Assembly (NCBI RefSeq): GCF_018350175.1
Contig: NC_058368.1
Span: 167,216,001-167,280,000, forward strand
Length of the DNA stretch: 64,000 nt
Direction of reading: 5' to 3'
Source: Felis catus
Taxonomy: Eukaryota
The position numbers were made by a program, and so were the translations under genes. Position 1 is the stretch's first letter. Each line of letters opens with the position of its first letter. Below the pieces are notes generated by a model that was not told the DNA's origin, searched no databases, and was given only the letters and a program-made list of their open reading frames with translations. Positions 1-12,365 of the stretch are shown piece after piece.

Positions 1-106
1 AATGGGTCAGTGATCTCTCTAATCAAAAGGAGAAACTCTTCATCTTTCAACAGGTACCCCCCAAAGCTTTAAATCTTCTGGACAACTAAGTGATGTGCAC
101 TACAAG
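1..106 (+). pseudogene. Pseudo-exon (5' truncated by the window): WVSDLSNQKEKLFIFQQVPPKALNLLDN*VMCTT(R)
   Basis: Donor AAG|GTAGGC at 106/107. Ends in phase 2, matching the next exon. One TAA at 87-89. Confidence 0.5.
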
Positions 107-344
107 GTAGGCAGATTAGGAGGGTGTGAAGGGCTGTGTCAGCCAGCAGTGCATTCTTATGGGGGTGTAACTTGTGTTCCTACATCTATCTATACAATAG
201 ATTCCCCATTACAGTAATTATTATGAATTATAGATAAGCACTCTGTGTGTAATGTTCTGCTCTCCATTTCCTACAAATCAAATTACCGAGGGTTATATTG
301 GATTGTGGACATATTTAGAAAATCCTTTTATGGTTGTTTGTTAG

Positions 345-687
345 GCTTCCTTCTGCCAAGAAACTCCAATCTCTTCTTTGACCAGATGCCCCTAACATGA
401 CTGCCGTGAAAATGACTATGCACTGCAGAGGGGTGGTGGTGCAGGGTGGTGCCTGCTGGACCCTGGAATTACCTTCCAGATCAACTAGGGGCTGACAAAG
501 CCATCTTGACTGGGAAACGATGAAACAATTGAACCCTAAAGTTGGGCAGATGGAAGGTATTCAGGAATCACTTGTTGAATGTCCACACTGGTTATTATCC
601 CAAGGAGGCTGGCTACCAATAGAGACAACCTCTACTGAGAAAGGCTTCTAAACTGGACTCCTAGACGATTACAATTCTCTTTCGCAG
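345..687 (+). pseudogene. Pseudo-exon: (R)LPSAKKLQSLL*PDAP...WNYLPDQLGADKAILTGK...MKQLNPKVGQMEGIQESLVECPHWLLSQGGWLPIE...GLLDDYNSLSQ
   Basis: Acceptor tggttgtttgttAG|G at 344/345 and donor CAG|GTACTT at 687/688. Frameshifts are needed to join the segments. Confidence 0.5.
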
Positions 688-1169
688 GTACTTGACAAGG
701 GGTATCATGGACCATGTGTGCCATTATGGGGCGGAGAAGGGGGGTGGACCCACAAATTAGGTTAAACTGCATACTGTTTGTATTATAAAGATTTAATCCC
801 CAAATATTTAAGCTCCTTGCTCAGCTTATCAGTTCTGATTCTGGGTACCTTTGTAGCCCTTTAGATCAGTGATGAGTTGTGTGTTCATATGAACATCAGA
901 AGCCTACCAGTAACCTATAAAGTCTTCAAGTCTAAGGGGTTGGAAGGACCAGAGCTACAGAGGAAAAAGAAGAAAACAAAAAAACCCTCCCGCGTGGAAA
1001 CCACCCACCAGTACCTGTCCTCTCTGTAAGATCCCCATGCTCCATATATAAAGTGCTCTCATCAAAACTCATGTCCTTCCTCCAAGATTGTTTTGTAAGT
1101 GACAGCTGATTGTCACATGCAATAAATCTTGCTATGATGTTAATGACTGGCAAAGATACTCTACAGTAA

Positions 1170-1410
1170 AAATAGCTAACATTTATTGAACACTTATGGT
1201 ATGCCAGGGACTACACTACATGCGGTGCACGTATTATTTCATGTAATCTTTTCAACAGCTTAATGAGGTTAGTAATATTATTTCTCATTCCCATCTAACA
1301 GATACGGAAAGTTAGAGCGATTGAATGCCACTTTCTTAAATTTGCTCCTGAGAAGCAGGTTCAGATCCAAGCAGTGTAGCTCTAGGACCATAACACTTAA
1401 CCACCATACA
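1170..1410 (-). mobile_element. MIR SINE relic
   Basis: aatagctaacatttattgaacactta...atgtaatcttttcaacag...cttaaccaccat resembles the MIR reverse complement. Confidence 0.75.
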
Positions 1411-1537
1411 GCAGCTTACACTCCATTGTGTAAAAACGGACATTATCTGCATTATCCTCAAAATGCTGTTACCTTAGGCCAGTGACTCTTGGATCCTCCC
1501 TGTCCCTCATCTGTAAAACTAAGGGATTGAACTATCT

Positions 1538-1952
1538 TAGTGGTTTTCAAGATTTAGTCAAGGTCTTTTTGGGCCTGATTAGGGTGGAAGTAAAAAGTGA
1601 GGGGTGCCCGGGAAGCATCTGACTTCAGCTCAGGTCATGCTCTTGCTGTTCATGAATTCGGGCCCCACATGGGGCTTTGTGCTGACAGCTCAGAGCCTGA
1701 AACCTGCTTTGGATTCCCTTTCTCCCTCTCTCTGTCTCTGCCCCTCCCTGCTCACTCTCTCTCTCTCAAAAATAAATAAACATTAAAAAAATTAAAAAAA
1801 AAAAAAAGAAAGAAAGAGAAGGGTAGCAAAGCTTTGTCTCCTCACCCAATTTCAACCCCAGTACTTCTGCTTCTCTGTTTTTATGTGTTAGATTTAGGCA
1901 TAGTATTTCTTCTGCAGGCTGGTCCTAAATCTAAACATTTTGAAACCCACTA
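1538..1952. mobile_element. hAT-Charlie MITE (MER103C-like) containing a SINE
   Basis: Terminal inverted repeats tagtggttttcaa (1538-1550) and ttgaaacccacta (1940-1952), 12/13 match; internal ctgcttctctgtttttatgtg. Confidence 0.6.
1601..1807 (+). mobile_element. CAN-SINE with a deleted A-box segment
   Basis: ggggtgcccggg then directly aagcatctgacttcagctcaggtcatg; CT-rich linker, aataaataaa and A tail. Confidence 0.9.
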
Positions 1953-1957
1953 AAACA

Positions 1958-2258
1958 AAAACCATAAACTAGTGACCCATGGTCCAAATCCTGCCTTGCA
2001 GAGTTTTTTTGTTTGGCTACAAAGATTTTTTTCTTTTGTTTTGTACTTGAAGTATACACCAACATTTATAATTTAGGGTATTCTATATAAAAATTGAGCC
2101 TCTTTTGAAACTTTTGATGCATAAACACAGGGCAGGCCTTCTGCCCAGAGAGTATTGTGTGAATAGCCCATCCTGAAGTTCACCGTGACTCCCTCTTCAC
2201 CCACTTCATTCAACTCTACTAACCTGATACCTGTGGACCTGTGAGTTTACCATCACTA
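1958..2258 (+). mobile_element. hAT-Charlie MER102-like element
   Basis: ggtccaaatcctgccttgcag...gtttggc...ccaacatttataa... ending cctgtggacctgtgagtttaccatcacta. Confidence 0.55.
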
Positions 2259-2440
2259 GTCCAGAGATTATCTTTAAAGTTCTTCCCAGTCCTGAGTATA
2301 TCCTTAACTGAACTGTAAACTTCTAAAGAAAAGGACTTTATTTTATGCGTACTTAATATTTCTCAGTGCTTTCTGCTTCTATCACCCTCTCATCCCAATG
2401 TGAGAGTGCTCCCAAAAGCATGGTGCATGCAGGCACATGA

Positions 2441-2443
2441 GCG

Positions 2444-2492
<49 letters not shown>
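2441..2492. repeat. (GC)6(AC)n compound microsatellite
   Basis: Directly visible alternating purine-pyrimidine tract. Confidence 0.95.
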
Positions 2493-2493
<1 letters not shown>

Positions 2494-2849
2494 AATACTC
2501 AATACCTAATAGATGTTCAGTAGTTGCTCTTTATGTTGAAAAATGGCTTTCTACATTATACCACTCAGTAACATTTACATTTTACTAAAGAATCTTGAGC
2601 CCCCAATTTCTTAGCCCAAAGGAATGCATTTCTAATGGTGCATTTCATCATGCTGTGTGTCAGGCAAGCCTGCAAGAAATTTTGGGGTTGAAGGATTCTG
2701 TTAGTAAAGCAACTTGTTTCCAATAAATAAATACTCACTCTGGTTACCTTCATTAACAAGAACTTATTATAAGTATATTCAAGGGCACAAAAAGTATCAG
2801 TCAGACACCCTTAGGGATGAGAATATTTGATAATAAGAAAAATCCAACA

Positions 2850-3340
2850 TGGTTCCAGTGACTACCTTATTGGCCCTTATTAGCAGGACTTTGTTTATCT
2901 CTCGCCTTTCTAGTGGCGACTCATCTCCTTTCTGACTGCAACTGTTCCTCCCACTGGTATCAGTTAGCCACCTTACCCTCTACTCTCTGTCATTTCTGTT
3001 TCAGTTTCTGCTTACTCATAAATTCTGTTTACTTACGCCATCAGTTTACTCATCTTTCTTACTGCCACAAGTCCTCTTTTTGTGGTTCTTTTTAGCTTAT
3101 ATTCCCTCCCCAAACCAACTAATTGACTCCTTCCCCAGATGCCCTAGTTCAAATTCCTGAGCCAGAACATCTGACCCAACTAATCACCATTTTGCCTGTT
3201 TGGGCAATTTTTCATGCCAAACCATCTCATAGGACACTGCCCAGCCTAGGCATTGGTTAGGGGTAGGACCACCCTGGTCCAGTGAGATGGGTCAGTAAGA
3301 AGGGAACTCATGGCCACCCAAGGCAGCTCCCACAGCCCAC
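2850..3340 (-). mobile_element. Old MaLR LTR relic (MLT1K/N-like)
   Basis: gttcaaattcctgagccagaacatctga...accaccctggtccagtgag resembles old MLT1 reverse complements. Confidence 0.4.
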
Positions 3341-3699
3341 TTGTGGGTAAGTCACTTTCCCTTAGAAAGAAGCTATTAGTATGCAGGCATTCTGGTGGAC
3401 CTGTCCAATAGGATCTCTGGACTTCGATTCAAATCATACTTATATCTCCATCTTTGAGGACGGTTTTTCTCTGTAGCATAAACCAAAGCTAAAGCTCTAT
3501 TGCTGTAGCATTCCTGTTCATGTGGATCTTTAAGCAGGAGACATCAAAGGACCTCTGTGCTTCTTATGTGCTCTGTGATGACAACTTACTCTAACTCTTG
3601 AAGGCATGGCCCCATAAAACATGAACTTCAGTTGTTTGGGAGGATTCTGAACCAGTTCTTTTATACATTATTATCCAGGCTTAGATGCTATTGAACTAT

Positions 3700-4478
3700 G
3701 CTGACTTTCCATGACTTCGAATACCATCTATATACTAAGGAATTTCAGCCATCTGAGTCCAGCCCTATCTCAATTTCATGTCTGTCTAAACCATCTCCAC
3801 CTAAATATCCCAGTGGCTTTACGTTTTTTTCAATGTTGCCAAAGTTTATCATGTCCAAACTAGTTTTACCTGTCTTGTTCCCAGTTAACCTATTCTTCTT
3901 AAATCATCCAGTTGCTCAAACTATAAATTAGGGCATCACCCTTCATTTTTACCCCTCCCAGGCCCACATCCAATCAATAATTACCATTTCTGTTAAACAT
4001 TACTTCTCAAATATCTAACAACTGTATCCCTAGTACTCTACTGCCACAATCAAAGTGAACTGATCTTAATATTTCAGAAGCATGAAGGTGCTCTTTGTTG
4101 CCTCTAGTCTTTTGTATAACAAAGCTATCCTTCTGACTAGTACACTATCCTCCCATCCGTTACCCCTATTCCAAACCCTAAACTCCTTTTGTCTGGCTAA
4201 TTCTTACTCACCCTTCAAGTATCAGGTTGGAGTCACTTTCTCCCAGAAGCCCACCCTTACTTACCAGTTCTGGGGCAGGTACCCCTCCTATGTGCCTTAG
4301 TGCTGTCATCTATCCCTTACCACATCATGTTTGTAGTCACCTGTGTGCTCCTTTGTAACATCCACTAAACCATTCCTCTTGAGATAGGACCACGTCTGCC
4401 TTGGTGTTCCCAGTGCCAAGAACATCAACAGACACATAGCAGCTCCTTGATAAATGTTTGTTAAAGGAATAAATGCAC
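3700..4478 (+). mobile_element. L2 LINE 3' relic
   Basis: ttccatgacttcgaataccatctatatact...; ends ttgataaatgtttgttaaaggaataaatg (L2 3' terminus). Confidence 0.7.
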
Positions 4479-4938
4479 TATGCTGTAAGACCTATATGCC
4501 TTTAATATATTTTTCTTTCAAATGCACCCTGGAAATAAGGTTGTGGTTTTGATAAAGTTTCAAAGACAATTGGAAAAGCTAAAGACATGCACAATCCCAA
4601 ACACAAAACAGAATGAATAGCATACAAATAAAAAAATGTAAATATCAAATGAAGATGCAAGTCACACAGAGCCATGTAAATCATCCAGATAAGCTGAATA
4701 CAAATTCTGTACCTAAATGTGTTTCTCAGCCCATATTTCTAAGTACGGTAGCACACCATACCCCTGAGAATTATAGAGTACCTTTTTTTCCTTTTCCATT
4801 GTTCATGCACTAATTCATACTACTGAAACTCAGATATTCAGATAACAAATAACCAAGTGTTGGAAGGAAAGTTACAAATTATAGTCATATGTCACAGTCC
4901 AAGCAAATGGCAGCCAAATTTCCCTATATAAATTGCAG

Positions 4939-5024
4939 AATTCTCTTATGATTTCACAAGATGTATTGAAAAGAAAAACAGTAAAAAGGAAATTCATTTT
5001 TTACTAAGCTAATATAGTATATAG
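4939..5024 (+). pseudogene. Pseudo-exon: (E)FSYDFTRCIEKKNSKKEIHFLLS*YSI*
   Basis: Acceptor tttccctatataaattgcAG| and donor TAG|GTAACG (last codon plausibly CAG>TAG). 86 nt, phase 1 to 0, matching the exon at 5456. Confidence 0.5.
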
Positions 5025-5455
5025 GTAACGGGTTCATGTTTAAACTGTTACAGATGAGTGAGTTTTTCCAGAAATGCAATTTTAACAAAGCATAATACCA
5101 CTGAGATATTAAAACTGAATTTAAATTTTTCTTAAATTAGGTTAACACCCTCAGAGCAAATCATGCTAATATCATATTCTTTAAGTAATACTATACTTTA
5201 AATAGATTACTTAGCAACAAGAAAACAGATTACAGAAGAAGACAATGAAAAAAAAAGAGCTAGTCAAAGAATCTTTAGGAACAAAATGACTTTTCATCAG
5301 CTAAAACCTATAAGCTAATAATAAGGAAGTCTTTATGTGAGTGACCTTCTTGTGTTTCTTATCATTTTGTACTATGGCTATTGCTATGAATTATTAGTAA
5401 CTCCAAAGTTATCACTTGGAGAGTGAGACAATAGTGATCAATCCATATTTTTCAG

Positions 5456-5683
5456 GTAAAACGATTACAGTTTCTTGCTGAGAATGAATACAATATTCAA
5501 GACAAAAATCTTGTTTGTTTTAAAACTGACAGTTAATTGTTACTAATTCTCATCATCCTTCCAACATTTTTACATAAGAGAACCCAGAGTGCAATACTGA
5601 TGAGGGACCACCTCAAATAAAATATGAACAAAGCCTGTATCTGCTGCCTGAGGCTTCACTGAAGAAGTACACGAGCCAGTTTT
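5456..5683 (+). pseudogene. Pseudo-exon: VKRLQFLAENEYNIQDKNLVCFKTDS* ... (frameshift) ENPECNTDEGPPQIKYEQSLYLLPEASLKKYTSQF
   Basis: Acceptor ccatatttttcAG|GTA at 5455/5456; weak donor TT|GTGAAT at 5683/5684. Confidence 0.5.
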
Positions 5684-5695
5684 GTGAATTAATTG

Positions 5696-5912
5696 GGGGC
5701 ATCTGGATGGCTCAGTCAGTTAAGGGTCCCACACTGACTCAGGTCAGGATCTCCACGAGTTTGAGCCCCACATCGGGCTCTGTGCTGACAGTGCAGACCG
5801 GAGCCCCCCTGGAGTCCTTTTGTCTCCCTCTCCTGCTCCTGTCTGCCCCTCCCCTGCTCATGATCTGTTTCTCTCTCTCTCTCTTAAAAACAAATAGACA
5901 TAAAAAAAAAAA
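5696..5912 (+). mobile_element. CAN-SINE
   Basis: ggggcatctggatggctcagtcagttaag head, CT linker, A tail. Confidence 0.92.
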
Positions 5913-6621
5913 GTTTAAGGGTAATTGTTTATAGTAAGGTGAGGTTTAAGATTTTTTGACTCCCACTCCCTACCCAGGCCTGACCTCACAAGGTCAGGTA
6001 CAGCCCCTGGCCTTGGCACAACATGGCTATCAAACATTCCCATCTCTTCCCCTCCGTAAGAACAAATTCTCCAGTAACTCCTACTGGAATGCTACATGTG
6101 TCCTGATAATTCAAGGATGTAGGTTTTGTCATTTACGTATGTTTTTGCCCTGATCTCAAATTCAAAAAAAAAAAAAAATGTATTTTGGGACATCCTAATG
6201 TAGAAACTCTAAATGTTCCCAGAAAAAATAAATAAATAAACTTTTGATGGCAAAGCCATTTGGGAATTAATAGTTGGTATCTTTTGGCTGTAGTCAGAAA
6301 TAAGTGAGCATCCATCCATAGCAAGCCTTATAACATTATCTCTGTTTGCATTGTTATTATGCTTATAAGTGTTTTTGGCATCCAGTGCCAGTCTTAAAAA
6401 AAAAAAAAAAGACCTAAGATCATCTTGTAACTTATTTTTTTCCCTTAAGTTAAAGCAAGCAAAATACTAAAAAAGTAACACATTTTTATAGAATATATGA
6501 GGGACATGAAAAAAATCCACATATAAGTCCTTGTGAAATATATTTGTGATCAGTGGAATTAGACCTCTTCCCAGTGTTCCAGTGACTATCAAAACAGATG
6601 TGTGATATCTGTGTCTGTCAG

Positions 6622-6727
6622 GTGCCTCTTTAAAGGCTTACATGGTTGTCTTGTCCTTGTTCAGCTCACAGTCATTTAAAAAATACTTTGAGAGCTAGCC
6701 ATGAGAATTACAAATCATTTTTCAAAG
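6622..6727 (+). pseudogene. Pseudo-exon: CLFKGLHGCLVLVQLTVI*KIL*... (region resembling the TBC N-terminal GxPxxLRxxxW motif)
   Basis: Acceptor tctgtgtctgtcAG|G and strong donor AAG|GTATGT; 106 nt with stops in all frames. Confidence 0.5.
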
Positions 6728-7436
6728 GTATGTGCCGCTCTGCAAATTACAATGAGTTTACAGGTGCCGTCTTATTCTGTGTAACCTAGAGATGAAAGAG
6801 TCATCAAGGACACTGATGCTCATTGCTGCATCGATGAAATCCTCATGAATTCAAAAATTGTGGCAATAATCTCTTTCATGGAAATAGATCTAAGAAGTTG
6901 TCAAGCAGATGGCATCTGATTTCCTCCTAAATGAAGAAGCCTTGTAAAATAGTGTAAGGGCTCCAATAGCAACAAGCAGCAGGAGTAGAAACTAGAAGCA
7001 ATGATCTTATTCCCTTAGTGACCTGCTGGAACTAGGAGGGTCAGAATGGAGCGGACACACTGCTGGTCACTTTGTCATACACTGGCTCACTTAGAGACCA
7101 TAGCCACCTAATAGAATAGCATTCTTTAATTTAAAACGCATGGAGCTTAAATATAAAAGATTAAGTGACTTCCCCAAGATCACCAGGCTAACAAATGTCT
7201 TGGCAAAATTTTCACTCAAAAAAAAAAAAAAAAAGAAAAAAAGGCTAAGAAGGAAGAGACACCTGTAATACTTCAAACATATACACATAGCCCTACTATA
7301 AAATCAACATATTATCAGGGCTCAAAGTCTGATTATCAGCCCATTATTCCCACTTGCATACACTTTTCCACCCATGTGCTCTCCTGTTCTGATCTTGTCT
7401 TTCTTTCTGTTATTATTGAAGGCTCTCCTAAATGTT

Positions 7437-7646
7437 TTTTTTAATGTTTTTTATTCATTTTTTTGAAAGAGAGAAAGGGCGCAAGTAGGGGTGGGACAGA
7501 GAGAGAGGGCGACACAGAATCTGAAGCAGGCTCCAGGCTCTGAGCTGTCAGCACAGAGCCTGACATGGGGCTTGAACCCCCAAACTGCAAGATCATGGCC
7601 TGAGCTGAAGTCAGTAGCTTAACCAAATGGGGACCCAGGTGCCCAT
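7437..7646 (-). mobile_element. CAN-SINE with TSD
   Basis: TSD ggctctcctaaatgtt (7421-7436) / ggctttcttaaatgtt (7647-7662). Confidence 0.95.
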
Positions 7647-8089
7647 GGCTTTCTTAAATGTTGATGTGAACCCAGTTTTCTCTTTAGCTGTTCCCTAAAG
7701 CTGATCCTTGGCAGTGAGCACTGGGTTTGTGTATGGTTTTTATTCTCTTTAACCTTCCCCTCCTTCAGCTTTGCCTTTCCCTTGTAAGCACTGCTGTCCA
7801 TACTTGTGCCCCATGCTGATGCAACTAAGCACCATTAATGAAAATCCAGGAACCCAGCTGACCTGGTCTAATAAATTCTATATTGTCACATTTTCTTGCT
7901 TACTGCAAAGCAACATCACTACTCCTCACTGACCACAGATGGCTCTTAGATCAATACCTCAAGTCTTGACCCCTCATCCTCTTTCTCATGACATATTTTG
8001 TGCTGTCTACAAAATAACTTTCGTTATGTGCCAAGATCTAAAACTGTGACAAAATTGAACCAGCATCCTTCCCCTCGAGCCCTAGCCTC

Positions 8090-8695
8090 ACTTCAACTTG
8101 TCTGCTATGGTCAAGGGGCACCCTTACCCACCTAGACACTAGAAACAGAACTGCAGCATCCTCTTCAGTCCCTCTTCTCTCAAGTGCTCCCAAGGCCCAG
8201 CACCAATTCTGCCGATTCATCCTTCCTAAGTTGGGTTTCATGTGGTCATACCTCCACCTCTTTGTTTCCCTAACTGAATGACAACTGTCACCATTAATAC
8301 TGGGACCCTACAAACAAATGTCTGTATTTCCAGATTCTCCTTATCCCAACTACCAGTCACACAGGAACAACTTATATTTTCCCATACCTAAAATCTTTAA
8401 CATGATCAGGAGATCCTTTATTGTCTGGCCCACAGCTACTTCAGCCTCAACTCTCATCCCACTTGCCTTCTCATTCACTATCCTTTTTCTTCCCTACACA
8501 CCCTCTAACTTGACTTGCTCTTTCTACATCAGAACCTTTGAACATTTTGTCACTTTTTCTGGAATGTTCTTTATCCCACACTAGCGAATACATACTCAGC
8601 AGCTTCCTCCAGCCTCGATTCTCATTAGATTCCCGTATCACACCCTTTTCTTTTATTGCCCTCATCATGGTTTGTATTTACTTCTAAATGAATAA
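8090..8695 (+). mobile_element. L2 relic
   Basis: Pyrimidine-rich L2 3' region, e.g. agaacctttgaacattttgtcactttttctggaatgttct. Confidence 0.55.
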
Positions 8696-8729
8696 ATATT
8701 CCCAATTGTATTTCCAAGTAAGATTTTGT

Positions 8730-9490
8730 GCAAAATCAGAGAAGGTAAAGATGATGGCCTATTTGTGACATTGGAAGGAATCTGTTATAACTGAGACAAG
8801 AGAATGAGAGGTAGCGTGGCACTAAATGAGTGTGAAGAGGACGGTGAGGCCATATTGTGAAGCAACCTTGTAAGTCCTTAGTAAGAAGTTTGGGTATTAA
8901 CCTATTAAAAATGGAAAGACAGTGAAAATTTTAAGCAGCAGGAAAATATGATCAGATTTGCATTTATAGATCACTCTGGGTAAAAGCTAAAAAATGAATT
9001 GGAAGGGACAAGAGTGATTACATAAAGACAAATTTGGAGGTTCTTGCTGGTAGCTTGGACTAGTAGCATGGCTGTGAGGGTGGAGAAAGGTAGGTAATTA
9101 ATAGAAGTAGTTCTGCAGTAAAGTAGATAGACTTTGCCCACTGATTGAAAGTAGAAGTAAGGGAGTAGATGTGTCAAGAATGAGTCATAAATTTAGGCCA
9201 TAGATGGCCTATAGATTTAGGCCATAAATTTAGGCCAATAGATGGATAGTAATGCCCCTCACTGAGAGAGGCAATATGGAAGTGGAATAGGGAGGGGGAT
9301 ACTGATAAGTTTTGTTTTAAATAGGTTGCATTTAGAAATCTTCTGGAGAAGGCAAGTAAATATATCAGTAGGCAGTTGGATCTACTGCGTTATATGTGCA
9401 AATTTGGAAATATTCAATATATAAGAAGTGCTTGAAATCATGATGTATCCTAGGGATGCAGAAAGGGTGTAAAATGAGAAGAGATTGCCT
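8730..9490 (-). mobile_element. L2 relic
   Basis: ttttaagcagcaggaaaatatgatcagatttgcatt...agtaggcagttggat typical of the L2 reverse complement. Confidence 0.7.
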
Positions 9491-10157
9491 ACGACATTTT
9501 CATTGCCTATGTTGCCCAAAACAATTTTTCTGCCAAGCCTTATCCCTTCAAAACATTCAAACCCTAATTCAAAACTCACATTTTCCATGAAGCCTTCCCA
9601 GATTCACATTGCTTTTATCCTATCCTTCTAATAACACTCATTACCCTTGAAAAAGTTATCATTGGCTATGTATATGTTTATGGGACTTTCCTCATGCCAG
9701 TGTTATGTTGCAAGCTCCCAGAGGAACCAGACTTCTTATTTCTTCTTTCGTTAAATGTATGCCCTACTCATTCAATTGATATTCTTGACAAGCCAACTCT
9801 ATACCTTCTAGTAATGTATACCTATTGGGGTTTGTCAGTTTTGAGCTTCCCATTGTCACAGAGCAATTTTAGTAATTTATGTAAATATTTTTGTTTTGGC
9901 CAAGTTATGTATGTAACTAAAGAAGATATAATCATATGATTTAGTCAAAATAGAGGGTTGGAATTATAGCTAGCCAAAACATTGACCAAAGAAGAACATT
10001 AAAGCAAAAACTGCTATCGGAACATAAAGCCAGCCAACATCTTTTAGTACCATTTCTAATTTCATTACATTGACATGGGTAGGTGATTTGAGGTGTCATT
10101 TACAACTCTGTCTCTGATCCCACATAATTTGGCTTACACAGTTTCTTGTCCATTTAG

Positions 10158-10385
10158 ACTTCTCAAAGAATTGACAGCTGTCAAAAAGTATTACTGACAA
10201 AGTGACGTTGAACACTCTTCATTAGTTGGTCTCCAGAGCAGTGCCCACTGATGGCTTGGCAAAGAGAGGGCGTTGGGGCTTCTGATGGCAGCCTACTGGG
10301 CCAGTCTTCCACTGAAACCATTGAAATCCAGTTAATTTTCTCCACCTTCCCCAGAGCTGGGTTGTTAGAGATAGCAACAGAAAGG
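10158..10385 (+). pseudogene. Pseudo-exon: LLKELTAVKKYY*... TLFISWSPEQCPLMAWQREGVGASDGSLLGQSSTETIEIQLIFSTFPRAGLLEIATER
   Basis: Acceptor gtttcttgtccatttAG|. The donor appears mutated (AGG|ATAGGT, +1 G>A); a phase-0 end here would join the exon at 24214. Confidence 0.45.
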
Positions 10386-11761
10386 ATAGGTACATCTAAA
10401 AGTTTTTGATTAGATTTCCACATCGCCCACATCAAGTTGATCAATGATCCTTTCTTTCTGACTGGCACATAGCAGGTTTTCAAAAAATATTTGTTGAATG
10501 GTTCAAGAAATAAAATTAACATGAATTGAATACATAATACATATTAGGCAATGCATGTGTGTTTGGGCCTCCCCCCCACACACACTTTTTTAACAGCACC
10601 AGGATATTTTTTCATCAGTATGCTAACAATAAGGGAACCAAAATTCAAGAAGTTGGTTCATCTGCTCAAGTTATACTGCTGGTAAGTAACAAAGTGAAAA
10701 TTTGAACACAAATCATTTTTTTTTTTTTACGAAGAAGATTTTGGATTGGCAAGGTGAGGTTATTGCTTCAACCATTAGAAAAATATACTGATTAAGAGAA
10801 CATCAATGGTTGGAAGCGTAGAAGGCTCTCACACTCCCATCATTGAGCTATGCAGCATTAATCAGTGCAGCCACAGATCACATAAGGGTCTTTGGCAGCC
10901 CACATTATAATATTGACACAATGTCTCTAAGCTCCTCCCCCTGAATAGAACAGATGATGTTCCACACAAATATATATGAAGCTGATTAGTGGAATAAAAC
11001 TGTATAGTCAGCCCAGATTTCAGTTTTCCATCTGTTTCAAGTGAGTCACATCCTACAGATTCAGGGTCAACCTTATATGTGTGCACAGTAAGCAATTTCA
11101 TATCCTAGATTGGCTTTAATTCAATAGGAATGTCCTAAAAATATCTTCCCATATCAGAAGTTTTGCTATTAGTGCTTAGGTATTCTTTCAAATCAGAATG
11201 TGTCCTTAAAGGAACTATTACATTGAATTTCTAACAAAATAAAATGAATGGATTTTTCAAGTCACTTCAAATGACTTATAGAAGAGACATAGCATCCACT
11301 ACATGGATTATGGTGTCTTGGAACACAGAATAGTTAGGTTGACCCCTGTCCAAGTGCCACTCTCTACTACTGACTAGTAGTGCTGTGGATCTCTGTGAAC
11401 CTCTGCTTTCTTACTTGTACAATTAGCAAAAATTAGATTCTTATAAGTATTAAATAGCGATGATTATTGTTTCATTACAACTTATGGCTAAATCTATTTA
11501 AGCCTCCCTGTATGCACAGTGAAAAATGGAACCCATTTTATAATTATATTTGATGCATTTATTTTAGGGAAGAAAAGTCTATAAAAGTAGGAATCAGTGA
11601 TATAAAGAGATAAAAATGCCAACATGCCTTCATCTCAGCTAATAGGTAGTAATATTGTGTGTGTGGTGATGATAATGACTATTACAATACAGTGGTTTAT
11701 ATTCTGAATTAGGAATGTCAGAATTTTACACATGTAACACTTCTAATGGCTTTAATGCTGT

Positions 11762-11860
11762 CAGCGCAGAGCCTGATGCAGGACTTGAACTGATGGACTA
11801 TGAGATCATGACCCGAGCCAAAGTTGGACACTTAACCAACTGAGCCACTCAGCTGCCCCC
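11762..11860 (-). mobile_element. Tail-less (3'-truncated) CAN-SINE with TSD
   Basis: Only the tRNA-derived head is present; 19-bp direct repeat ctaatggctttaatgctgt at 11743-11761 and 11860-11878. Confidence 0.9.
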
Positions 11861-11973
11861 TAATGGCTTTAATGCTGTGAACATTCTCATATTAAAAGGT
11901 TGCTGAAAATTTAAAAATGCTAGTCTTCCAGAATGTAGAAACTTTCAGTGTTTAATAACAGACTCTTGATCAT

Positions 11974-12365
11974 TGCATTAGTTTCCCCGGGTTGCTGTAA
12001 CAAATTACTACAAACTGAGTGGCTTAAAACAACAGAAATTTATTCTCTCATAGTTCTGGAGGCCAGAAGTCCAAAATCAAGGTGTCAGCAGGCCCATACT
12101 CCCTTTGGAGCTTCTGAGGGAGAGTCCTTTGACTCTTCTAGTTTCTGGTAGCTGTTGGCATTCCTTGTGACTGCATTGCTGCAGTCTTTGCCTCCATTTT
12201 CACATGGACTTCTCGTCTGTGTGTCTGTGTCTTTTCCTCTTCTATCTCTTATAAGGACACTTGTCACTGGATTTAGAGTCCACTTGGATAACCCAGGGTG
12301 ATCTCATCCTGAGAGTCTCAGTTACATTGCAAAAATCTTTTTTCCAAATAAAGTAATATTCACAA
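11974..12365 (-). mobile_element. MaLR LTR (MLT1B/C-like)
   Basis: tgcattagtttccccgggttgctgtaacaaattactacaaactgagtggcttaaaacaacagaaatttattctctca... Confidence 0.85.

Larger units (their letters stand above)
1465..2296 (+). mobile_element. MIR3 relic split into 1465-1537 and 2259-2296 by DNA transposons
   Basis: ccctcatctgtaaaact...ggattgaacta resumes as tccagagattatctttaaagttcttcccag, resembling the MIR3 3' end. Confidence 0.55.

Noticed and set aside
6790..6960. Additional pseudo-exon after the acceptor at 6789
   Set aside because: The implied intron is only 62 nt, and the frame and donor are ambiguous; left out pending alignment.
10181..10522. 113-aa minus-strand ORF as a gene
   Set aside because: Starts inside an L2 3' end, has no recognisable homology, and is better explained as the antisense shadow of the + strand pseudo-exon.
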